A DNA stretch of 64,000 bases from the NCBI GenBank assembly GCA_048128005.1, contig JBEUKZ010000013.1:1-64000 (forward strand), written 5' to 3'. The first letter of the stretch is position 1. Each line of letters starts with the position of its first letter. The notes under the pieces are model-generated. The model was not told where the DNA came from. It made no database searches and saw only the letters and a list, made by a program, of their open reading frames with translations. The translations under genes and the position numbers were made by a program. The DNA is from Veleropilina oligotropha. Lineage: Eukaryota. Of this stretch, positions 16,411-28,098 are shown one piece after another.

Positions 16411-19117
16411 CCCCGAGAGCCTGTACTACCCGCGTGAAGACGTACGGGGCTGACAATAGACCGAACGGTAGACACCTGAAGTGGTAGACCGTTCCCCCGT
16501 GGACAAACCGTAGGTACCGGTGAGCCGAGACGTGCATCGGAACGTGTAGGTACGCATCGGTCAAGTCGATAGATGCTGCCCAGTCGCCCGGACGGATGGC
16601 CGTTCGTATCTTCGAGAGTGTTTCTTGCTTGAACATCTCGGTACGAAGATACTGGTTGAGGCACGACAGATCGAGGATCGGTCGCCAACGGCCATCGGGT
16701 TTCGGGACCAGGAAAAAGTGGCTGTAATATCCTGGTGTGCTGGGCGGCGCGGGATAAATCGCTCTGTTTGAGAGTAAGTCCCGCACTGCCTGGTCTAGGA
16801 CGGCTTGTTTTTCTCTTATTAAGTGACGAGCGCGTCCTGGTGGTGGTGTCGCGACGAGGGTTGGATGTCTGACCAACCCTAGACCGCGGCTTCCCTCTCC
16901 CGCTCTGACGGGATTTGGTCGGAGGTGCGTTTTCGCAGTAGATTTATTGGCCTGAGAAGGCCCACTATGCGAAGGTTTGGCACGCTTGAAAGGCTTATGG
17001 GACCGGGACGGTCCCGAGCGCTTCCTTGAGGCAGCAGTCGACGTACTACTATCCAAGACTGCCTTCTCAACAGCGCGATCCTTGAGGTCGGTCGCTCTCT
17101 TCTCGACAAATTCGGCGAATTTGTCTCCGAAGAGAGTAGGGGCCGACAGCGGCACGCAACGTAGAGACTGCCGGGTGGCGTCGTCTAATGTGGTGCCGTC
17201 TAGGCAAGCGTCTCTATGGAGTAGGACAGCGTTACCTAAGGATCGGGCTGATTCCGACGCGTAGTTCTCCGTGGCGGCGACAACCTCTTCGAGGAAGGAC
17301 AGTGCGATCTCTCGAGCGCGGGGTCCATCCTCTTGTAGCACAGTAATAGCTCCGTCCAAGAAGAAATCCTGGATGGAGGAATGCCGTAGAGCTCGACGGG
17401 CAGAGCTCTCAAAGCCCTCCATGGCGACCCATGGGACTTTGACTACCGAGGGAGCCGTACTGGCCGACAGGCGACGCATCGCTGCATCGATCTGAACCGG
17501 CTCAGTCGCCAGACACGTCCCAGAGCACCCGATCGGAATCGGACGCTTACTGGGCCGGAGGTACCTTCCCTTACGGAGACCACTAGGGTACTCCTTTAAA
17601 GTGGAAGTCTCCACCGATTTGGATCCCTGAATGGATTTGGTCGTCGAGTCGAGGACGAGCGAGACCAACCCAGACTGGGGTAGGGTAGGAAGCAGGGGGG
17701 CTTCCGGCCCATCAAACCGACGTGCCGTTGTCCTGTGCGTGACTCCGCTTACCGGCAGGGCCGGGTCGAGCAAGTCAAGCACCCCGCGAAGCGACGCGAC
17801 AGCGTCGTACCTTCGGCGGGTGGCGGAGACGGCTTCATGTGTGCCATAACGACTACGAGAGCCGTCTGGTCCGACCGATTCAGGGAGGTCAGAGTGAGGA
17901 GTAGGAGTGGTGTCCTCGTCGGAACGAGAATCTACTTCGATCACCGAAACATGAGCCGGGCCCGGCGTTACGGTCAGAGACGTTGGGACCTGGGGCGGCT
18001 GGGTAGCCGGTTGCCAGGACCTACAACGTGCCTCGACTTCCGTCGCAATCATAGCCTGGACGTTCTCCATAGAGAAACCCGGAGGCATGACGGACGTCGG
18101 ACCAACAGCCATTGGTCCGCTCGAGGTTACCGTAGCGCATGGTGGACGGGCTGCACGGACAGGTGGAGCCGAGTACCAGGGACTCGGGTTACCTGTCGGG
18201 AAACCGCTACCAGGGAAACGGCCCGGAGGCGCGTTAAACGGTGCGAACGACCCGTAAGACTGCGACCACAGTCCATACGGGTCTGTAACCCTGCTCGGGT
18301 GAGGCACGGGGGTATACCCGCCGTAAGTCTCAGCCCCGAACGCAGCCGGTCCTACCACACCACACGGGACGTCTTGAAAAGAAGCGTCGCAGGGGGTTGG
18401 CCTTCCATCACTCTCGTGGGCTCCGACAGTGGCGAGATTAGCCTTTAAGCTAGCGCCGTTGTCGGACGAGAGGACGGGTTGCGTCGAGCGTCTGGAACTT
18501 CGACCACTTTCGTGGTGCCCAGCAACTGTATCGACTTTCTCTGCTAGTCTCCTTCGCCTCTTTTCAGAGGTTACTTGACTCACAGAAGGACTAACGCTGC
18601 CTTGCTCCTCCGAGGCCGGAGGAGAGGAAAGGTTTTGTCTGCCCTGCTCAGCTTTTCGCCGCAGCGCTCGACGTATCTTACTGGCCGGCAAGATACTATG
18701 AGCAGCGGTTACTAGGCCCAAAGGCGAGGAATCGGACGGCACTGGGGCCTGTACCTGAACCATGGATCCCGACGAAGATACTGGGACTTTTCCCAAAGTC
18801 TCAGAGGTTCCGACGGCGGATCCCGCGATAGCCGCTGTCCCTACACGGCTATTACCGAGAGTGTCTGAAACAGAAAGAATAGAATCATAGCCTGTCTCTA
18901 AACTTTTAAGCTTCTCGGTGGCTGTTCCATCGGAAGAAGACACCCTGGTCGTCTTCTTCGATGGGAAAAGAGTCTCCCACTGCCGATTTGTTAGTGCTAT
19001 ACAATGCTCACATGGATGGTTCTTATCGCTAGAACAAACACGGTGAATAATGCATTCGGAGTGCCTGTCAAAACCACGGATTTTCTGTCGGCACCCGGAA
19101 ACACTGCAATGCTGCAT
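16411..19117 (-). pseudogene. DIRS-type retrotransposon gag-like ORF plus RT N-terminal half, interrupted by element A
   Basis: N-terminal C-x4-C...DRHSECIIH...CEHC finger typical of DIRS ORF1; RT motifs YSHFFLVPKPDGRWRPILDL, SIDLTDAYLHVP, LPFGLLSAPYVFTR. Confidence 0.85.
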
Positions 19118-20662
19118 AGCTACTTACACGGGTAGGTAGGAGATAGGGTTTTTAAGTGATAAGGATATTTCCTGGGTAGTTTACCAAATTACTACTACAA
19201 CCTCGATTGTACCTGATCCGAGAGTTGGAAAAGGCTGAAATACGCTTAAAACTTACGGCGGATTATACGCCCAAAAACACCGACTTTGATAAACCTTTTT
19301 ATTACAAGCCGGCCAACGAATTGAGAAACGGGAGGTCTTTCTTATACAGAAACCGCCCTTTACACCTAAAACCTCTTGGATGTATATATATCAATTTGTT
19401 AGAATTCGGCGTGTTATCCCCGACTTAGCAGATTTACCAAAATAACGATAGTTAAATTCTAAACAATCTGCTTTTCAACGACGATAAATTTTATAACATA
19501 AATTTATAGCAAGAAAAACGTCGTTGAGGAATTATCGTATATATAAATGAAATGCAATGCAAATTCAAGCAATATCAATAAAACAACTCTCTCCTGACTC
19601 CGTAGTAATTGCTATGGAGCTTCCTTCTTTAAATATCCCTCTGAGCGTCCTCTTTATTTTCTCTTTCAGAATTTCAAGATGGCGTCGTCAATGGAGGATG
19701 TTGATTTCGTTTTTTGTCTGTAGTCGACAGGAAAAACTTCCAAGAAGGGCTTATTCAGGAGGAAAACTCTCTAATTTTCCACTAAACGTGTACACAACAC
19801 TATGAACAATCTTATGAGCTAAATTGATCTTTAGATCAGGCTCGAAAAAGATCGATTTTCACAAACAAATGTGGAGCAAAGTAAAACACGACTTGTATGA
19901 TCGAGCGGAAAACTTCGGATGAGGTCTTGACCCTTGGGTCACGAAGATCTCGCAGGAGTTGGCGAGCTCTATATAGGCATGAACTTGAGGAGGTCAAGCA
20001 GGTCACTGGGTCAACTGGGTAAAATTAATTAAAAAGTGCGAAATTACCATTTCCACCTTGTCCGGATTTAGCGATAATAGGCTTATTATGGCATTAGTAA
20101 GGACGTAAGTATATTTGATATAGATACTGTCAATAAATAGGGGTGTCGTCGCCGTACGGACCAGTCATTATTGACTCTGGAGACATCCTTCCTAAGTATG
20201 TCGTTAAAATATTATTTAATATAATTATTTACTGTATGCATTATGTTATTGTAACTACATATGAAAGGAAAATAAACATCATCATATTATAGGGAATTTA
20301 ATAGAAGTATGTCTGCACATGGCATTCTTTATTATGAAACGATTTATCATTTGTTTGTATATTATAAAAAAATGCTTTGCCAAGCGGATACTGCTATATC
20401 TATAGCACTTGTTATTATAACTAAAGTAGCATTTATCTCCCAAATTAACAGGGGGTTATTTTCACCTTGACTGTGTCACTCCTATACTAGGGCAAAAATG
20501 ATCATGGTCACTTCTGTCTTATAATAAAACTGACTCTGGGTCACTTTTATCCTGCTACACCAGGATTTTTGAATTGATTCATGACAGTATAATACAATAA
20601 TAAATATAAACAAGATAAATGAAATGGTCTATGCTAATTATTATCTTGAGCATTTATCAGAA

Positions 20663-20807
20663 ACGCCTGGTTCATGTTTGTCTCGTGAGATACGCCGGGT
20701 TCATGTGGGTCTCGTGAGATACGCCTGGTTCATGTTTGTCTCGTGAGATACGCCTGGTTCATGTTTGTCTCGTGAGATACGCCTGGTTCATGTGGGTCTC
20801 GTGAGAT
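20663..20807. repeat. Minisatellite, 5 x 29 bp (ACGCCTGGTTCATGTTTGTCTCGTGAGAT)
   Basis: Direct head-to-tail units with no unique spacers. Confidence 0.92.
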
Positions 20808-20871
20808 AGCTTGTGCCATTTTGGCAAAGTATCATGTGGAAATTTCTGCTGACATACATTGCACTGACAAA

Positions 20872-21890
20872 TTAATATCTCTTAGTATGGACTCGCTTGT
20901 GGCTGTTAAGATTATGTGGTAGTGCAAAAGTCTTGCCACACACATCACACATGTGTAGCTTCTCCATGGTATGGGTAATCATGTGTTTCTTAAGATAGCT
21001 TGAGTGCGAAAATGTCCGATCACACACAACACACTGGCACGGTTTCTCCTCGGTATGGATTCGCATGTGTTTCTTAAGACTATCTGCTCGTGAAAATGTC
21101 TTACTACACTCAGCGCACTGATACGGCTTGTCCTCAGTATGGGTTGATATGTGTACTTTAAGGTTAACCGATTGTGAAAATGTCTTATTGCAAACAAAAC
21201 ATTGGTATGGTTTCGTATATGCCGCCTAAGGGTACTTGATCGTGCAAATGTCTTACGACACACATGACACTGGTGTGGCTTCTCCATAGTATGGATAAGT
21301 ATATGTTTCTTACGACTGCCATAGTCCGAAAAGGCCCGATGACACACAACGCACTGGTATGGTTTCTCACCGGTATGGATTCGCATGTGTCTGTTAAGAC
21401 TATCTGCTCGTGCAAATGCCTTAAAACACTCAGCGCACTGATAGGGCGTTTCCTCAGTATGGGTTACCATGTGTGATTTAAGGCTACCCGATTGGGAAAA
21501 TGTCTTATTGCAAACAAAACATTGGTATGGTTTGTCCCCGGAATGAATTCGCATGTGTGACTTAAGATTGCCTGCAGTTGAAAATCGATGATCGCAGTGG
21601 CCACATTGGTAGGCTTTCTCCCCAGAATGGCTTCGCATGTGTCTTGAAAATGTCAGGTTGCGCATGGCATTGACAGTCGTGTTGTTTAAGCTTATTTGCA
21701 TCATGAAATGCCTTGTCACAGACACTTAGTCAGACGTTATATCAAAGTGGCTGTAGAAAGAATTGTCCTGTTTGTGAATTGTTCCCCAGTATCACTCCAA
21801 TTAATTTGGAATTGCTTTGATTGGTGAATAAGTCTGACAGCAAAATCGTTAGACACATCGATCTTCTTCATTCAGCCTTTAACTTGAACT
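20872..21890 (-). pseudogene. C2H2 zinc-finger array, terminal exon, frameshifted
   Basis: About 8-9 CxxC-x12-HxxxH fingers with HTGEKPY-like linkers; frame breaks near 21210 and 21655; candidate splice acceptor CTTTTATTCCAG at about 21890. Confidence 0.8.
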
Positions 21891-21959
21891 GGAATAAAAG
21901 GAAGAACATGAATCAATCATTCAAATCATATACAGTCAATGCTAATGTTAATGACAAAA

Positions 21960-22760
21960 TGTAGCATAATGGTGCATAATGGTTAGTCTCCTTGATTACT
22001 GGCATCCAAGATTGATGTATCAATTAACCTATTAAGTATCCTCATTGTTTAGTCTAATTTGGCCAGCGTGCGTCAGAGTGACATTGCAGAACAGCGCAGG
22101 CAATTAAAAACCAATTAGCTGCAGATATTGTTTCTAGATCCAGATATTGTTTCTAGATCCAGATATTGTTTCAGAGTCACGAGTGTTTAATCTGGCACCC
22201 GAGAAGTGCGCGAGATCACGCGCAAGCGATTAGATCCAGATAAGTTTCATAGAGAGGTGTATATAATCAGGCACCCGAGAAGTGTGCAGTAGTCCGGCTA
22301 CCTCCTTCGTTACAGACCTATACCAACGGTCTCGGCTGGGCTCACTTTTAGATTGGGAAGTTTCCATTAAAATTCTTTATTTTCGACACTATGAATTTCG
22401 AGAAGTAACTACTTCAACTATTAAGTACGTACCCTATACCACAGGGACATATATTATTATTGAGATTATTACTACTGAAACTTACCACTGATGTACGTGG
22501 GTTTATTATATATGGAACTGTAGTCGCAGTTAATGAGCAACTGTGGCTTTGGATTTTATCAATTAAATTTACTGTTCCTGGACTGCGTTTTGTTGTCCAC
22601 TATAGAACAGTGAAGGATACCTCAAATCTTGGCGGAGGACGAGAAGATTCCTGTCCGGGAAGTCACAAACACAACGTGAACACAAACATCAAAAGAAAAC
22701 CACTAGACACACGTCCCACCTAATCCCTTGTGTCGCTGACGCTCCACCTATAGTGGCACA
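21960..22760 (+). repeat. 5' LTR
   Basis: TGTAGC...GGCACA; I found one difference from the 3' LTR (GGAGGACG vs GGAGCACG). Confidence 0.96.
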
Positions 22761-22772
22761 GAGGTGATTAAT

Positions 22773-22791
22773 TGGTGCCGTCGACGCGGAT
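22773..22791 (+). promoter_or_regulatory. Primer-binding site, tRNA-His-like
   Basis: TGGTGCCGTCGACGCGGAT vs the tRNA-His complement TGGTGCCGTGACTCGGAT (one insertion, one substitution). Confidence 0.7.
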
Positions 22792-22802
22792 TTTATTTAA
22801 CC

Positions 22803-23000
22803 ATGGCATCCCGACACCCAGGAATGGAGATCAACATCACGCCACTCCAAGAGAGGTTGCCGATATTCGCGATTCCGAAAGAACGAATAGTGACGATAAA
22901 GATAACTGTCGACAAGCTTGGACGACGGACCGTTAAGATTGTCCAACCCATGTGGAAGCAGTTCGTGATGCTACACCAAGAGGAAGTCAATTATCAGTAA
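22803..23000 (+). CDS. Possible short ORF upstream of gag (65 aa)
   Basis: ACCATGG start directly after the PBS; open for 65 codons; no recognised homology. Confidence 0.3.
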   Translation: MASRHPGMEINITPLQERLPIFAIPKERIVTIKITVDKLGRRTVKIVQPMWKQFVMLHQEEVNYQ

Positions 23001-23064
23001 AGAAAAGAAGAAGAAGATTAACTAAATGTAAGTATTGATTTATGTGATTTTTGAACCACACATA

Positions 23065-24018
23065 ATGGCCGAACAGTTAAGTCAATATTGTGCACAGATT
23101 TCAGATCAAATTGTAGGGCTTACTTCTGTAGTCACTGCTCAAGGTGTAGAGTCAGTAGTTCAACCTTTCCATGGAGATTCACGACAATTTCGTCGATGGA
23201 TATTAGACATTGGTAAATATGCAACACTTGTTGCACTTTCTGATGCTAGCATAAGTCGAGTAGCATTCCAAAGTAGCAGGGGTCCTGTATCAGATTTCAT
23301 ACAGAGATTCATCAATGAGCATCCAAGTTCCTCATGGTCAGAGTTGAAACTTGAGTTATCTAATAGGTTTAGCGACATTACAGATGCAGATCATGCATGT
23401 CTTATGTTACGGAAGCTACGACAGGACAATTTCGAAAATGTCCAAATATATGCAGAGCGTTTAACTCTTTTGGCCTCAGAGGCATATGAGAAATATCCAA
23501 ATAACGCCTTAGTAGAAAAACAATTAATTGATTGCTTTATCGATGGATTAAATGACGATGCATTGAAATTGCGAGTTATGCGAGATAATCCTCAAACATA
23601 TCAGGCTGCTGTTACCGTGGCGACGCGTGAACAAAACTTGAGAAAACGTTATGACATGCGATTAAACAGGGGAGATACTGCCCCTAGATGGTTCAATAGG
23701 CAGAATAGATTTCAAAATCAAAATAAAGGAAGAGGTGAGAACTTTAAGAAACCAAACTTTTCAAACAAAACTGACTTTCATAAACAGGATGTTAGACAAG
23801 AGGAGGACATGGAAGTAGGTCATTTTAGACCCCGTCGAAATGTTCAAGCTCTTTCAGACCGAGATAATGATTCTCGTAAATGTTTTGGTTGTGGAAAGAC
23901 AGGCCATATGAAAAATCAATGTCGTTCTTGTTGGGGATGCGTTGGTAATACTACCACTCACAGATTTAACTGTCCTCAATTTAAGCCAAGATATGAAAGA
24001 AATCGACAGGAAAACTAA
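23065..24018 (+). CDS. gag: Gag (capsid plus CCHC zinc knuckle)
   Basis: PFHGD...W...LRKLRQ...FIDGL capsid pattern; CFGCGKTGHMKNQC knuckle. Confidence 0.92.
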   Translation: MAEQLSQYCAQISDQIVGLTSVVTAQGVESVVQPFHGDSRQFRRWILDIGKYATLVALSDASISRVAFQSSRGPVSDFIQRFINEHPSSSWSELKLELSNRFSDITDADHACLMLRKLRQDNFENVQIYAERLTLLASEAYEKYPNNALVEKQLIDCFIDGLNDDALKLRVMRDNPQTYQAAVTVATREQNLRKRYDMRLNRGDTAPRWFNRQNRFQNQNKGRGENFKKPNFSNKTDFHKQDVRQEEDMEVGHFRPRRNVQALSDRDNDSRKCFGCGKTGHMKNQCRSCWGCVGNTTTHRFNCPQFKPRYERNRQEN

Positions 24019-27000
24019 AAAGCCAACCGAAAATAGCCGCTTCGATTGGCAAAACAGTTAACAATGAAGTAATTAATGGAGTTAGTAGTAGTAAGAAAAA
24101 TTTAAATTTATGCATCATCAAAATAGGAAAGAATAGAGTGAGAGCCTTAATCGATACTGGTGCTGATTGTTCCTTGATGAGAAGTACGTTTTATAATGCA
24201 ATGAATGACCTTCCGAAATTATCTAAAAGAAACAATGCTGATTTAAAGTCTGTAAGTGGTCAAGCTATGCAGGTTGATGGAAAATTTCATTTAGATTTTG
24301 AGTTAGCGAATCAAAAATTAAACATTGATGTTTATGTAACACCTCATATGAATCGTAATTTGATTTTAGGACGAGATTTCCTTACCAAATATGGTGTGAG
24401 AATTTATTATGACTTAGGAGCAATTAGAATCAATGGAAATTATGTTCAGCTACAGGAAGACATTTTGTTTGCGTCTTTAGTACGTCTTAGCACGTCTGTT
24501 TTGATTAGACCACAAACTAAAGTGTTGTGTACAGGAAAAGTTAAACAACACTGCCCGGATAATTTGGATTATGTCGAAATAAATCCAAAAGATTCTAGTT
24601 ATCTAAATTCGGAGCCTGGATTGACAGTTTTGAGTTCAATATCTAAATTACCCTCTGACCGAAAGTTACAATTATTATTAATAAATGAAACAGGAAAAAT
24701 TTTAAGAATAAAGGAAGGAACAGTGTTAGGAACATTGGAGAATGTAAAAGAGGAACAATTAATAAATGCCAGTAATTTAATCGAATCGTCTGAATATCAA
24801 CAGTCAGTTAAGACTATAAAAGATGAGGATATTAAAGTTTCAGGTGAACATGCTTCTTTGATCAAGAGTTTAATTAAAAATAACTCCGATTTATTTGCAG
24901 AGACAGACTTAGACTTAGATCAAACGGATTTAGCAACAATGACAATTGACACAGGTGACAGCCCTCCTATTAAGTCAAAACCATATAGGACTCCATTGAA
25001 TAAGAGACAAATTGTTGATAAAGCTGTAGACGAGATGTTACAGGCTAAAATAATTTCCCCTAGTCATTCCCCTTGGTCATTTCCTATAGTAATCGTCTCA
25101 AAACCGGACGGAAGCCATAGGTTCTGTGTTGACTTTAGAAAATTGAATAAAATTTCAAAGGTTACATCATACCCAATTCCGAGAACTGATGATTTATTAT
25201 CGGAAATTCGAGGATCAAAGTTCTATACGAGTCTTGACCTTAAGAGTGGATTTTGGCAAATTCCCATGGATGAAAAGGATAAAGAAAAGACAGCTTTTGT
25301 TTGTCATAGAGGGTTGTTCCAATTTAATGTTATCCGTTCGGTGTCGCGTCCAGTCCAGGTATATTTCAACAGATGATATCTCAAGCACTGCATGGTCTTG
25401 AACATTTTGCTGTTTCATATATTGATGACATCTTAATTTATTCACGTACCATAGAAGAACATTTAGATCATATTCAACAGGTGTTTGATAGGTTGAGGAA
25501 ACATAAGTTGAAAATGAAATTGAAAAAATGTCAATTTATAAAACCTGAGACCAAGTATTTACGATTCATAGTAAGTCCTGAAGGCATCAAACCTGATCCA
25601 GGTAAGATTAAAGCTATTAGATCACTCGCTCAGCCTTCCAGTGTACGCGAAGTAAGAGGATTCATCGGAATGGTAAGTTATTATCGTCGATTCATCCCAA
25701 AATTCTCAGAAATAGCGTGTCCTCTGATCGATTTGACAAAGAAATATTCAAAATTTAAATGGACTGAAAATTGCACAAAAGCTTTTAATGAAATGAAGAA
25801 ACAATTATCAACCATTCCTTTACTATCTTATCCGGATCCAAATAAGCCATATGTGTTATACACTGATGCAAGTGATAAATGTATTGGAGCTTGTTTAACC
25901 CAGCCGAATTCTGAGAACAACATTATACCAGGAAGAAAAGATGAGTTACCTGTATATTTCCTTTCGCATAAATTAAGTCAAACGCAAGTTAAATGGAGCA
26001 CGATTGAGAGAGAGGCATATGCTATTTATTATGCGTTACAAAAGTTAGATTATTATCTACATGGAGCTACTTTTATCATTCGGACAGATCACATGCCTTT
26101 GAAATACATTTTAGATGGTCCAATTCAGAATCGGAAGATCCAATTGTGGGCTTTGACAATAGCTGGATATAATTGTAAAATCGAATACATTGCTGGACCT
26201 GAGAACACATGTGCTGATTTATTGTCTCGTCCCTTTGAATTACAAACAAATTCAGAGACCAGCTCTGAAGAAGAATTGGAGATAAATGATAAGAATCTTG
26301 AAATAAATATGATTAATTCTAATCGGTTTAAACCACAAGACTATGCACATTGCAGATTAATTGAAGACAAACAACAACCAACAGTTAACATTTCTGGATA
26401 TGATATTGCATCGGAACAGGAGTTAGATGAATTAATTGTTAAAATCAAAGATCAGTTAAAACAAAATACCGGAAGTAAAACCCTTAGTCAAAAACATATT
26501 GTGATGGACAATCTATTGTATTACATATCTGATCCTGACGGTGAACCAGTTCTTAGACTTTATATTCCGATTCAATTGAGAGATCAAATTGTCAAACAAT
26601 ATCATGATAATAATGGACATATGGGAATTTATAAATGTTACTATACAATCAAACAAAAATACTTTTGGCCCAACTTATACAAACAACTATATGCCTATAT
26701 AGAGTCTTGTATGACTTGCCAGATGAGAGGAGTTAAACATAACAAGCCTCTTATGCAAGAAACCGGAATTCCTCCTTATCCATTTGCAAAAATAGGTTTA
26801 GATCTCAGTGGACCATATCCGACAACTAAGTCTGGAAATAGATATATCATCGGGTTCGTTGATTGGTTAACGGGATGGGCAGAAGCATGGCCTGTAGAAA
26901 GTAAATCTCAAAATATAGCACATTTAATTCTTGAAGAAATATACCCCAGGTATGGGTGTCCTTTAGAAATTGTGACTGATAATGGAACAGAAAATGTCAA

Positions 27001-28000
27001 TAGAGTTATTAAAGAAGTCATGAAGGAATTGAATATCCATCACGTTACCACATCTTTCTATCGCCCACAGGGAAATGCAAAAGTTGAAAGATTTCACAGA
27101 ACTTTACACGATATTTTGTCTAAAAAAATGAAAGATGAATCTGATTCATGGGATTTGTATTTAAATCAAACCTTAGTTGCTATTAGATTTAATGTCAACG
27201 AAACTACAAAGCACAGTCCCTTCTTTCTTATGTACAATAGAGATGTTGTATTACCAGTAGATAATTTAATGAAGCCCAGAAGAAAATATTTAGGAGAAGA
27301 ACCACATAAATTTGCATTAGAGCAACAACATAAATCATTTGTTTTAGTACATAGAAGGCTTACTAATGCTAAACGTAAACAAGCTTTATTAGCAAATAAA
27401 AATGTGACATCAACTGAATTTGAGGTAGGTGATCCAGTATATTATAGAAAGCATGTTCGAAGCAAATTACAAGGTAAGTGGATTCCATATTATCGAATTA
27501 TTGAAAATAAATCTCCTGTGACTTTTACAATTAAAAATCAGTTGGACAATTCTATTATGAAAGCTCATGCTGAACATCTTAAGTTAGCGAAACTTGACGA
27601 GTGGGATCTACCAGATCGACAAGAAGACAGATTATCTCGCAAAGCTAAATATGCTGCCCCTGATAGTGAATCTGATAGCGAGGACGATTATGCCTCATCA
27701 GACAGAGATCCCGAAGAAGACATTCCTTTATCCCAAATAGCAAAGAAATATCGTAGGGAGAAAGAGAATTCCTCTGATGATGATATCCCTCTGACCGAGT
27801 TATCGAAACAAATTAGAGCTCGTCGCTTACAAAACGCTGAGTTTGCAAATGTTAGCGTTGCTGTCCAGACTAACTCAGACATGAGTTATGACTCTATGTC
27901 CACACCTGTTGTTGTGCAGTCTATTGAAAGAGATGACAATAATGAGAAACAGATAGTAAAATTAAGAGAAGCCTTGAAGCTAGTAACAAGTTTATTGTAG
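24009..28000 (+). pseudogene. pol: Pol (protease-RT-RNase H-integrase), -1 frame to gag, with a 1-bp deletion in RT at about 25333
   Basis: ALIDTGA, RFCVDFRKLN, LDLKSGFWQ, YIDD, YTDAS, HDNNGH...CMTC, DLSG/TDNG/VERFHR; adding one base restores FNVMPFGVASSPGIFQ. Confidence 0.92.
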
Positions 28001-28098
28001 AGGAGCTCTACTAAGTAATTGATTACTTAATTGTTAAGAGGCTATATAGGTAATTAAAAGTTAATTAAAAGGGATATGTCTTGTTTTATAGATACAAG

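Noticed and set aside
19120..20300. DIRS terminal repeat or 5' boundary
   Set aside because: The other end of the element is outside the window, so no repeat partner is available to define it.
20663..20807. 29-bp repeats as a CRISPR array
   Set aside because: The units are contiguous with no unique spacers, there are no cas genes, and the context is eukaryotic.
22282..22723. ORFs inside the LTRs (also 31164-31605)
   Set aside because: Non-ATG starts and no recognisable domains; they are duplicated only because the LTR is.
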